Below, one piece after another: positions 10,207 to 20,606 of a stretch of DNA of 64,000 nucleotides (its first letter is position 1; each line of letters opens with the position of its first letter). Position numbers and translations under genes: made by a program. The stretch is taken from assembly GCA_937951485.1 (NCBI GenBank), contig CALEDJ010000015.1, positions 45,311-109,310 of the forward strand. The letters run 5' to 3'. The notes beneath the pieces are model-generated. The model did no database searches. It saw only the letters and a list, made by a program, of their open reading frames with translations, and had not been told where the DNA came from. Origin of the DNA: an uncultured bacterium. GTDB taxonomy: Bacteria > Hydrogenedentota > Hydrogenedentia > Hydrogenedentales > CAILVY01.

Positions 10207-10235
10207 TTGACATTTGTTTCTTGATCTGCTATTAT
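10207..10235 (+). promoter_or_regulatory. sigma70-type promoter of groESL (TTGACA-N17-TATTAT)
   Basis: Perfect -35 TTGACA at 10207-10212 and -10 TATTAT at 10230-10235 with a 17-nt spacer, about 130 nt upstream of groES. Confidence 0.5.
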
Positions 10236-10367
10236 CCATTGCATCTATCGAGTGCTAACAGGCCGATGGACAAAAAAAGTTCTGTCAAAATGGCGCGGAA
10301 ATGCCGCAGTGATGCTTCCGCGCACGCAGCATACAAGCCAACAACAACCAAAAAAGGAGAGGAAGCG

Positions 10368-12331
<1,964 letters not shown>

Positions 12332-12388
12332 GCCTGGGGATCATGCGATCCCCCGCGTTCGCGTCAAGCGAACGCTGCACATAAATGG

Positions 12389-12433
12389 CAGGGCCCGTCC
12401 CGCGACAATCGCGGGGCGGCCCTGTGCTTTTTA
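12389..12433 (+). terminator. Rho-independent terminator after groEL
   Basis: GC-rich inverted repeat CAGGGCCCGTCCCGCG-ACAAT-CGCGGGGCGGCCCTG followed by TGCTTTTTA. Confidence 0.6.
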
Positions 12434-12808
12434 CGCGGGACGGGAAAAGAACCGATAGATCGGAAAAGTCGAAGGGAGAAAAAGGACGAAAGGGACGAAA
12501 GGGACATCATAATCACTTCGTTGATGGCGTATACCCTCTCTGAGAACGAATTTGGAACGGTTCCTTGCCGGAAATCAGCATGGCGGGCGAGGAGCGATTG
12601 GACATGAAGAAGTCAGATGGCGAAGCGATGATGATTGCGGGTGAACCCCGGGAATCCCGGGGCGGCGATGACGGGAATGGCGGCGGTGGTCGTATGCGCG
12701 AGATGGGAGAGATTGCAATTGTGGGGTTGATGCTCGCGTGTGCTGGGGATGTTATTGCCAGTCATTATCACGGGAAGCAACATATAAATAATACAGGGGA
12801 ATGAGACT

Positions 12809-13648
12809 TCACGCCTCGGGCCTGCCGTGTTTTGCCTTGCGGGTTTTGTGCACGCGGCCTTTGGTGGCGGCGCGCATGGCAACGCGGACAAGGCATGGGC
12901 ATAGCCGGTTGATAAACACGGAGAGTTTGCCCATGCGGGTGATGATGATTTCGGGTTTTCGGCGGTAAATGCCGCGAACTATCTGGCGCGCGGCTTTTTC
13001 GGCGGACATGACGAGGAACTGGGGAACGGGGTCGGGCTTGCCGGTGTATTCGCCGCGGTTGTTGATGCTGCGAATCTCGCTGTTGACAAAGCCGGGATTG
13101 ACGCAGGTGACGGACACGCCGAGGTCGGCGAGGTCGTGGTAGAGACACTCGGCGAATCCGACGACGGCGAATTTGCTGCTGGTGTATGGCGCGGAGGCGG
13201 GTGTGGCGACGCGGCCGGAAACGCTGCCGATGACTGCGAAGCGGCCCTTGGACCGGAGGAGATGCGGCAGGGTCGCGTAGAAGGTGTCAATCACGCCGAA
13301 GACATTGGTCTCGAACTGTCGCCGGAAGTCTTCGGTTTCCAGCGCGGTGGCCACGCCGGTGACGCCGAATCCGGCGTTGGCGATCACGACATCCAATCCG
13401 CCGAAGACCTCGACGGCCTTCGCGACGGCGGCATCCAGGCTTTCGCGGCGGGTGACATCGCATTCCAGCGCCAAGGCGCGCCCGCCCATGGCCTCGATGT
13501 CGCGGGCCAACGCCTCCAGGCGGTCTTTGCGCCGCGCGGCCAACGCGAGGACCGCGCCTTCCCGCGCGAATTCGCGCGCAGCCGCCGCGCCGATGCCCGA
13601 CGAGGCCCCCGTGATGAAAACTGTCTTGCCTGCAAAGCGACCCGCCAT
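12809..13648 (-). CDS. Short-chain dehydrogenase/reductase (SDR) family oxidoreductase
   Basis: TGASSGIG Rossmann motif near the N-terminus, NAG motif and YxxxK catalytic pair (PYTSSK). AAAGGAGG RBS before the ATG at 13648. Confidence 0.8.
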   Translation of the reverse strand: MAGRFAGKTVFITGASSGIGAAAAREFAREGAVLALAARRKDRLEALARDIEAMGGRALALECDVTRRESLDAAVAKAVEVFGGLDVVIANAGFGVTGVATALETEDFRRQFETNVFGVIDTFYATLPHLLRSKGRFAVIGSVSGRVATPASAPYTSSKFAVVGFAECLYHDLADLGVSVTCVNPGFVNSEIRSINNRGEYTGKPDPVPQFLVMSAEKAARQIVRGIYRRKPEIIITRMGKLSVFINRLCPCLVRVAMRAATKGRVHKTRKAKHGRPEA

Positions 13649-13756
13649 GGCCGTATCCTCCTTTATTGATGCTGATTTATTCGCAGCGTTTCCATTGCAC
13701 AAATCAGAATGGCACAGCAAGCACAAAACAACCGCCGGTCGTCATCATGTCTTCCA

Positions 13757-15073
13757 TCAAGGAAGGACTTTCACGTTCTTTTCGCCGTCCCCGAACCACG
13801 GCACGGTGTATGACGCCGAGGGCATGCAGTAGCAGGTCGGATCGGCGACGCCCGTCTCCCGGAGTTCTGCGCGCGCCAGCGCGAGCGCGGCGTCCAGCGA
13901 TGCCGCTTTGCGCGCGCCGATCAGGGCGACGTCTTTGTCGCTCAGATCGGTGACCAGTATGGTTTTTGGGGCTTTCTCGATGGTGGAAAGGGCGGTCTGG
14001 CCGTTTATCTCGGCATGCTTGCGCAATTCGGCGAAAATGGCATCGCGGGTCTTGAGGGCCAGCCATTGGCCGAACCTGTCAGCGCCAAGCCCCTCCGGTG
14101 CGGGGGCAAGCAGGACGATCCGTCCTTGGGGAGTTGCGGCCAGGGAGGCGTTGAACAGTGCCTTGTGCGACTGGAGGAAATTCGCCGCATCGCCCGCCGA
14201 CGCGATCACGAGGTCGGCGCGGCGGCGGATGGGTGCGGCGTAACACTCCCAGGCGAAGCGCGCGGCGGCGCGGTGCGCGGCGTCCATTTCCCCCGCGAAA
14301 ATCCCGGCGATTTCGCCGCGGCGGTTCAAGACGGTGTTGATGATGCCATCGGCCTTGCACAGTTGCGCCGCTTCGAGCATGTCTTCCGCCACGGGGTTGC
14401 CGTCGAGCACGCCGATGCGCACTGCGGGATTAAGGCGGTTCTCGGCGGAGTCCAGATTGAGCGCATGGTTGTGCGCGATGGTGGCTGCGCCCGCCAGGCC
14501 GGGCAGCAACGCCTTGCGGCCGCCGCCGAACCCTGCAAAATAGTGCAGCACGACGCTCCCTGTCAGGATCACCCGGTCGCAGTCATAGACCCGCTGATTG
14601 ATCCAGACCGGCGTGCCGCGCCGGGTCTCGCCCACGTATATCAGGCCCGCCTCATCCTGCGGGTCATGCACGAGGCACTGCGACTGGAAGCGCGCAAAAA
14701 GGTCGGCGCCCGCGATGCGCGCCTGTTCCCCTTGCGTCGGAGGCCGATGCGTTCCGGTCGCGAAAGCAAACAGGATATCTTCCTCGGCGATGCCCGCCTG
14801 GGACAAGTCGTCGAGAACGAACGGCAGCAATTGGTCCATGCCGGTATGCCGGAAAGCGTCGGAGAGGACGATCGCCACGGTTTCACCGGGTCGAAAGGAT
14901 TTCCATATGCCCGACGAAAGGCCGATGGGCTGATCGACGGCGCGGCGATAGGCCGTCTGCAGGTCGTTCAGTCCCGGAACATCGGCAATGTCCAATGTTC
15001 CCAGGGACTGTCCCCAGTCCATCTCTGCTTCCATCACGGAATTGCCGTAGGGCATGACAACGCGGATAGCCAT
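13757..15073 (-). CDS. LarA-family protein (nickel-pincer-nucleotide-dependent lactate racemase-like; DUF2088)
   Basis: N-terminus MAIRVVMPYGNS...DQPIGL resembles the LarA N-terminal domain, and there is a HYFAGFGGGRK motif. No larBCE genes nearby. Confidence 0.65.
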   Translation of the reverse strand: MAIRVVMPYGNSVMEAEMDWGQSLGTLDIADVPGLNDLQTAYRRAVDQPIGLSSGIWKSFRPGETVAIVLSDAFRHTGMDQLLPFVLDDLSQAGIAEEDILFAFATGTHRPPTQGEQARIAGADLFARFQSQCLVHDPQDEAGLIYVGETRRGTPVWINQRVYDCDRVILTGSVVLHYFAGFGGGRKALLPGLAGAATIAHNHALNLDSAENRLNPAVRIGVLDGNPVAEDMLEAAQLCKADGIINTVLNRRGEIAGIFAGEMDAAHRAAARFAWECYAAPIRRRADLVIASAGDAANFLQSHKALFNASLAATPQGRIVLLAPAPEGLGADRFGQWLALKTRDAIFAELRKHAEINGQTALSTIEKAPKTILVTDLSDKDVALIGARKAASLDAALALARAELRETGVADPTCYCMPSASYTVPWFGDGEKNVKVLP

Positions 15074-15296
15074 CTTTGTACCACCATTGAGACATTTGCG
15101 AAATGACGTTTCGGACCTCAATGCCATCAAAAATCCCGGATATTCGTGTTCTTAAGCGCAGAAAGAGTCCATTTCGCAAATGCGTCACCATTCAATCACA
15201 TGGTCCGTGCAAGGGGCGTATTGTCTCCGTCGGTGCGGCTCGAATCAAGTGAAAAACGCCCGGCGGAAATCTGGAGCACGCGTGTGACATCCGCCG

Positions 15297-16046
15297 TCAC
15301 CACTCGAAATCGTCGTTACCCGTGGTTGGCGCTTCGTTGCGATGGATTTGACAGACCGTCCATATGGCGGCAAATACAAAGCAATCCACCACGGAGAGCG
15401 CCGCATCGAGAAGCGTTCGCGCAAGAATGATTTCGAGCGCGGGGGGCGCGGCGCTCAAGGATGCCGCGCGCGATATGACAAACTGGCCGAAATTGATCAG
15501 CAGCACGACCCAAACCAGCGCGAAGCGGCGCCCGATTGGCGCCAGAATGCTCCCGATCTCGCGCCACTCCAAGGCGCCGTAGAACATGATGCAGGCCCCT
15601 GCCGGCACGGCGAAGCAATAGGCCAGCATCAGGCAGAATTCCAACAGCATGACCAGGTCCGGCATGTCGAGCATCGCCGTGCGCAGTTGTATCCGGGCCA
15701 GCGCCAGGATGCCCAGATTGATGATGAACCAGGGGAGAAAGAAGCGCCGCAGGGCCTCAGCGGGGCCGGCGCACTTCCACAACGGCCGGTCCATTTCGCG
15801 GCCCATTACCGAAAACACAATTGCCTGAAGGGCGGCGTAAAGACCGGCCAAGGTCAAGTCCATCACCAGGGATACCGTATAGACCCATAAGGGGATGACA
15901 TCGTCGCCGGTGTAATCGCTGAGGAAGAATCCTCCGAAGCGAAAAGCGAGGCTCATCGCCGCGACAGCAGTCATATAGGCCATTGCCGTCGCGCGATTGC
16001 GACGCAGTTCTTCCAGCGTTTCTGTCAACAGTCGAGCAATATTCAT
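15297..16046 (-). CDS. Hypothetical polytopic membrane protein
   Basis: About 6 predicted TM helices. The ATG overlaps the stop of the upstream PilZ gene in an ATGA coupling. Confidence 0.5.
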   Translation of the reverse strand: MNIARLLTETLEELRRNRATAMAYMTAVAAMSLAFRFGGFFLSDYTGDDVIPLWVYTVSLVMDLTLAGLYAALQAIVFSVMGREMDRPLWKCAGPAEALRRFFLPWFIINLGILALARIQLRTAMLDMPDLVMLLEFCLMLAYCFAVPAGACIMFYGALEWREIGSILAPIGRRFALVWVVLLINFGQFVISRAASLSAAPPALEIILARTLLDAALSVVDCFVFAAIWTVCQIHRNEAPTTGNDDFEW

Positions 16047-17140
16047 GCTGTGTGAACAGGGTGATCGTTGTCTTCATGCCGCAGGGTCGGTTGGTGCTGC
16101 ATGACGTAATGGGTGATGCGCTCCTGGTCGTCTTCAGGAAGGCCCACAAAGGCGGCGCGCACCAGATGCCTGTCTGCCGAAATCGGCGTCGTCTCAACAA
16201 TGCGCGCCGTCACCAGCACCGGGTCCACACCTGGCCCGAGTCGTATTTTGGTGCGCAGGAGCACCTGCTTGGGCACCGGCTGCGGCAGCACCGCTGCAAA
16301 GCCCCCGCCGCTGAGGCTGGTGATTTGCCCCCGGAACCTTGTCACTGCTTCGCGTTTGTCCAAATCCGAATAATCCCCGTCCACCGGCGCGTTCAGTACG
16401 GCAATGTCCTCAACCTGGTGGATGCGTATTCGGTAATGCGCCCGGGACTGCAATCGGATGAGTTCCGTGGCATGCTCAAAAACCCATTCGGGCGGGTCAG
16501 ACTCCCGCCGCAGGAAACGGGCCGAAAAGCGGTAACGCGCGTCTTCATCGCGCCACACGCGGCATTGCAACATCGTGTCCGGGGCCGGCACCGGCACGTC
16601 ATGCCCGGCGTGCGGCGTCAACCGGAACTGCGCCTCATCCACGCCCGCCACCTTCATCCGATGCCACCGCAATGCGCCGCCCGTGCCGTGCGCAATCCAG
16701 ACCGGCTGCCCGCGCTGCAATTCCCGCGTCGAAAAAATCCGTTGACCATAGGGTACGTGGTCAAGCCCCAAATGGGCGCGGATATCGCGAAGAAAGGCGC
16801 CCCGGGCTTCATAGTCCGCAGTATTGGCAGCCCGTGACGCGAGGTCCTCGTCAACACACCGATCGAACTCCCTGCGCACTGTCAGCACCTGCAAGGGCGT
16901 TTTCGGCGCGAAACGGCGGATCAAATCAAACAGTTCCCTGCGCGCATCGTCGGACAGCCCCTTCTCATCAGCGATTTCGCGCACCCGTTCCCAATCCGCT
17001 TCCACACGCATGCGATCTTCGCGGCGCCGCCGGAATACATCCAGCACCACGGCGAGGCCGAACAAACCAATCACCGCCGCCCCCGCCCACATCAGATGCG
17101 TGATGGTGGGCACCGCCAAGAATATCCCTAATTCAGCCAC
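16043..17140 (-). CDS. Membrane-anchored PilZ-domain (c-di-GMP binding, YcgR-like) protein
   Basis: N-terminal TM segment. C-terminal PilZ signature RAHYRIRI....GQITSLSGGGFAAV (RxxxR ... DxSxxG). GTG start with a GGAGG RBS. Confidence 0.6.
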   Translation of the reverse strand: MAELGIFLAVPTITHLMWAGAAVIGLFGLAVVLDVFRRRREDRMRVEADWERVREIADEKGLSDDARRELFDLIRRFAPKTPLQVLTVRREFDRCVDEDLASRAANTADYEARGAFLRDIRAHLGLDHVPYGQRIFSTRELQRGQPVWIAHGTGGALRWHRMKVAGVDEAQFRLTPHAGHDVPVPAPDTMLQCRVWRDEDARYRFSARFLRRESDPPEWVFEHATELIRLQSRAHYRIRIHQVEDIAVLNAPVDGDYSDLDKREAVTRFRGQITSLSGGGFAAVLPQPVPKQVLLRTKIRLGPGVDPVLVTARIVETTPISADRHLVRAAFVGLPEDDQERITHYVMQHQPTLRHEDNDHPVHTA

Positions 17141-17554
17141 GGTTTTCAGGGCCTCCGGTATCTGGACGCATTATAGGCGCTTATTTCCAAGTGATGCAAT
17201 CAGGTGCGCGCCGGACGGTTCAATGCGGCCGGACATGGACTCACACGGACCGCGAATATCCGACACCTGGGGATGCAAAAGGCCGTATAGTGCGCCCCGA
17301 TGATCCATGCCATTCTACGTACGTATTACTGCTATTTTTTTCAGCCGCATTCCTGTCAAGCGCGGCCGTGGATTCCAGCCGGAAGCGCTCCTGAAAACGG
17401 TGTTGTCAACCCTATTGACGCTGCAAGACGTTTGTGCTACAACTTAGCCGATTTCCCCGACAGCAGCATGCCGGAATACCGGCTTGCCATCCGAATAAAG
17501 AGGAATTTGCCTGAACGCGCCGAATCGTTTCGGCAATCATAAGGACCGCCTTTC

Positions 17555-19507
17555 ATGGCCAAGAAAACCGAGCCTCCGTCATCCGCGCCCCGCACCTTAG
17601 GCCCCGTGCCCGACTTGGAGCGGCATCTTCCGTCCGAATGGTGGCGTACGCTGTTTCGCTCGATCTACCTGAAAACCGACGGGGATATCGTGGAGAATGA
17701 ACGGAACACCCGCAAAGACGTTGACATGCTGATCCAGGCGACAGGGATAGAGCCGAACGACCGTATTCTGGACCTCTGTTGCGGCCAAGGACGGCATTGC
17801 CTGGAACTGGCGCGCCGGGGTTTCAAGAATGTCGTCGGCATTGACCGTTCCCGCTACCTGGTGCGTCTGGCGCGCAAGCGCGCCACAGAACTGGGGCTGC
17901 GCGTGTCTTTTCACGAGGGTGATGCGCGCCGCTTCCGCCTGCCCGAAAATTCCTTTCAGTGCGTGGCCATTCTCGGCAATTCCTTCGGCTATTTCGACCG
18001 CCTCGAAGACGACCTCGCCGTACTCGAATCGGTGAAGCGCGTGCTGAGGTCCGGCGGATCGATCGCTCTGGACGTGGCGAACGGGGAATGGATTCGCCAC
18101 AACTTCGAGCGCCGGTCCTGGGAATGGATTGACGAGAATCAATTCGTGTGCCGGGAGCGATCGCTTTCAGCCGACGGTCAGCGTCTCATCTCCCGCGAAG
18201 TGGTCGTTCACGCCGAGCGCGGCGTCATCGTGGACCAGTTCTACGCGGAGCGTCTCTATTCCCAGGAAATGCTGCAAAACCTGTTGACACAGGCGGGTTT
18301 CGACACCATCCGCGTGCACGGCTTCCCGGAATCCGAATCCGGGCGCAACCAGGACCTCGGCATGATGGCCAGCCGGATATTCGTCACAGCACGCATCACC
18401 AAACGCCCGGCGCCCTCCCGCCGGGGCAAACCCCTTTATCCGCGAATCGCCGTCATCATGGGCGACCCCACCCTGCCGGATTCGGTGAAGCGCGACGGTC
18501 AGTTCAACGCCGAGGACCTCGATACGATTGACCGGCTCAAGCGCGCGCTTGCCGAACTGGATGATTATTCGTTTACCTACCTGGATCAACATTCAAACCT
18601 GATCCCGCGACTGAAATCCGAACTTCCGGAATTTGTTTTCAATCTCTGCGACGAGGGCTACAACAACGACGCTTTCCTGGAATTGCATGTGCCCGCCTAT
18701 CTCGACATGCTCGGCATCCCCTATACGGGCGCGGGGCCGTCCTGCCTCGGTCTGTGCTACAACAAGGCGCTCGTGCGCTCCGTCGCAGCGGGACTGGACA
18801 TTCCCGTGCCGCTGGAAACCTACTTCGATCCCGACGACCAATCGGCCACCCTGCCGTCCACCTTCCCCGCGCTGATCAAGCCAAATTTCGGCGACAGCAG
18901 CATCGGCATCACCATCAATTCGGTGGTGCAAACCCCTCAGGAACTGCTTTCGTACATGCGCCGTCTCCAGGAAACGCTTCCAGGCCGTCCCATCCTGATC
19001 CAGGAATTTCTGGAAGGGCCGGAGTACAGTATCGGCATCATCGGCAACCCTGGCCAGAGGGTCATCTATCTGCCGCCGCTGGAAGTGGATTACAGCGGCC
19101 TGCAAAGCGGGCTGCCGAAAATCCTCGGTTATGAATCCAAGTGGCTCCCGGATTCCCCCTACTGGACCCAGATCAGTTATCACGAGGCGCAACTGGACGA
19201 AGACACGTTGCGCAAACTGCAAGACTATTCCATGCAACTTTTTACGCGACTCGGTTGCCGCGACTATGCCCGCTTCGATTTCCGCGCCGACAATAACGGC
19301 GAGATCAAACTGCTCGAGGTCAACCCCAATCCCGGATGGTGCTGGGACGGCAAGTTCAACATTATGGCCGGCTTCGCCGGCATGCGCTATGCCGACATGC
19401 TCCGGCTTATCATTGAAGCGGCCCAGGAGCGCGTGGCCGCGCAGGCGCCCTCAGGAAATGGCGCCCCGGCGCACGTCGCCCGATACAGCGCGACGGATTG
19501 TGTTTGA
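17555..19507 (+). CDS. Fusion protein: class I SAM-dependent methyltransferase (N-terminal) plus ATP-grasp ligase (D-Ala-D-Ala ligase-like, C-terminal)
   Basis: Residues about 60-190: ILDLCCGQGRHCLELARRGFKNVVGIDRS...FHEGDARRF (methyltransferase motifs I-III). Residues about 330-640: ATP-grasp A/B/C subdomains (GIPYTGAGP...ILIQEFLEGPEYSIGIIG...KLLEVNPNPGW). Confidence 0.7.
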   Translation: MAKKTEPPSSAPRTLGPVPDLERHLPSEWWRTLFRSIYLKTDGDIVENERNTRKDVDMLIQATGIEPNDRILDLCCGQGRHCLELARRGFKNVVGIDRSRYLVRLARKRATELGLRVSFHEGDARRFRLPENSFQCVAILGNSFGYFDRLEDDLAVLESVKRVLRSGGSIALDVANGEWIRHNFERRSWEWIDENQFVCRERSLSADGQRLISREVVVHAERGVIVDQFYAERLYSQEMLQNLLTQAGFDTIRVHGFPESESGRNQDLGMMASRIFVTARITKRPAPSRRGKPLYPRIAVIMGDPTLPDSVKRDGQFNAEDLDTIDRLKRALAELDDYSFTYLDQHSNLIPRLKSELPEFVFNLCDEGYNNDAFLELHVPAYLDMLGIPYTGAGPSCLGLCYNKALVRSVAAGLDIPVPLETYFDPDDQSATLPSTFPALIKPNFGDSSIGITINSVVQTPQELLSYMRRLQETLPGRPILIQEFLEGPEYSIGIIGNPGQRVIYLPPLEVDYSGLQSGLPKILGYESKWLPDSPYWTQISYHEAQLDEDTLRKLQDYSMQLFTRLGCRDYARFDFRADNNGEIKLLEVNPNPGWCWDGKFNIMAGFAGMRYADMLRLIIEAAQERVAAQAPSGNGAPAHVARYSATDCV

Positions 19508-19588
19508 TTTTGCGTCCGGATTGGGTTATCCTCTTTCGAGAGAAAACTTAGGGGGTGTCTGTCAGAGACAGCCACAAGGCATGACGCG

Positions 19589-20599
19589 ATGACGCAAGAA
19601 AAGGGGCATGGGGATCGCAAACTGGAAACGCTTTCATATCTCCCGATTCCTGTAGCCTCGCTGCGCGCGGACACCGTCACCAATTTCGACCTCTATCTTC
19701 CCTCCCATGACGGACGCACGCCGGTGCTCTATCGCGACGGGGTTTTTCCCATCACGACAGCCCTTCTGGATCGGCTCCGCGTCGGCAAGGTGGAGACCCT
19801 GCTGGTAAAGTCAACCGATGAGGAGAATTACCGCCACTACCTGGAGTCCAATCTCGGATCCCTGGTGGCTGATGAGAACATGCCGCTGGAAGAGCGTTCC
19901 GCGTTGCTCTATGACTCCGCCCGAAACCTGGTGCGGGACGTGCTGAGGGACCCGCGCGCGGGAAATGTGTTGCGACGCAGCGAGGAAGTCGTGTCGCACA
20001 TGGTTCGCTTCCTCTTTGCCGACAAACAGGCCTTCTACCATCTCATTCAAGTAACTTCGTACGACTATTACACATACACGCACAGCGTCAATGTGTTCGT
20101 TTTCAATATTGCTTTGGCGGCGCGGCTCGGCGTGCGGGAAGAGGACCTGCACGACTTCGGCCAGGGCGCCCTTTTGCACGACATCGGCAAAAGCAAAATA
20201 GATCCCAATGTGCTCAACAATCCGGGGAAACTCAGTCCGGACCAATGGCGCATCATCAAAATGCATCCTATCTTCGGTGATCAGTTGTTGCTGGAACAGG
20301 GCTGCAAAAGCGAGATCGTTATTGATATCGTGCGCCACCACCACGAGAAACTCTGCGGCGGTGGTTATCCGGACAACCTCTCCGGCGACGACATTTCCGC
20401 CTGGGTCCGCATTTCCACCATCTCCGACATCTTCGATGCGCTCACCACCCGGCGTCCTTACAAGGCGGCGCTGGACAGTTACCACAGCCTCCGGCTCATG
20501 CAGGAGGAAATGTCAGAGGAACTCGACCCTGATTTTTTCCTCGCCTTCGTTGAAATGATGGGCAACATCGAGCGCCCGCGACACCCCGGGAGAAAATAA
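19589..20599 (+). CDS. HD-GYP domain c-di-GMP phosphodiesterase
   Basis: HDIGK metal-binding motif and the GGGYP variant of the GYP motif; 336 aa. Confidence 0.8.
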   Translation: MTQEKGHGDRKLETLSYLPIPVASLRADTVTNFDLYLPSHDGRTPVLYRDGVFPITTALLDRLRVGKVETLLVKSTDEENYRHYLESNLGSLVADENMPLEERSALLYDSARNLVRDVLRDPRAGNVLRRSEEVVSHMVRFLFADKQAFYHLIQVTSYDYYTYTHSVNVFVFNIALAARLGVREEDLHDFGQGALLHDIGKSKIDPNVLNNPGKLSPDQWRIIKMHPIFGDQLLLEQGCKSEIVIDIVRHHHEKLCGGGYPDNLSGDDISAWVRISTISDIFDALTTRRPYKAALDSYHSLRLMQEEMSEELDPDFFLAFVEMMGNIERPRHPGRK

Positions 20600-20606
20600 C
20601 GCGAAC

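Noticed and set aside
10232-10258. Full HrcA CIRCE element at the groES promoter
   Set aside because: Only the right half (GAGTGCTAA) matches the consensus. The left half matches 5 of 9 positions. It is reported only as a degenerate candidate.
12565-12804. 79-aa plus-strand ORF between groEL and the SDR gene
   Set aside because: TTG start, no RBS and low-complexity sequence. The region also has simple repeats (GGGACGAAA x2.5) and a CCCCGGG-AAT-CCCGGGG palindrome at 12646-12662, and is probably non-coding.
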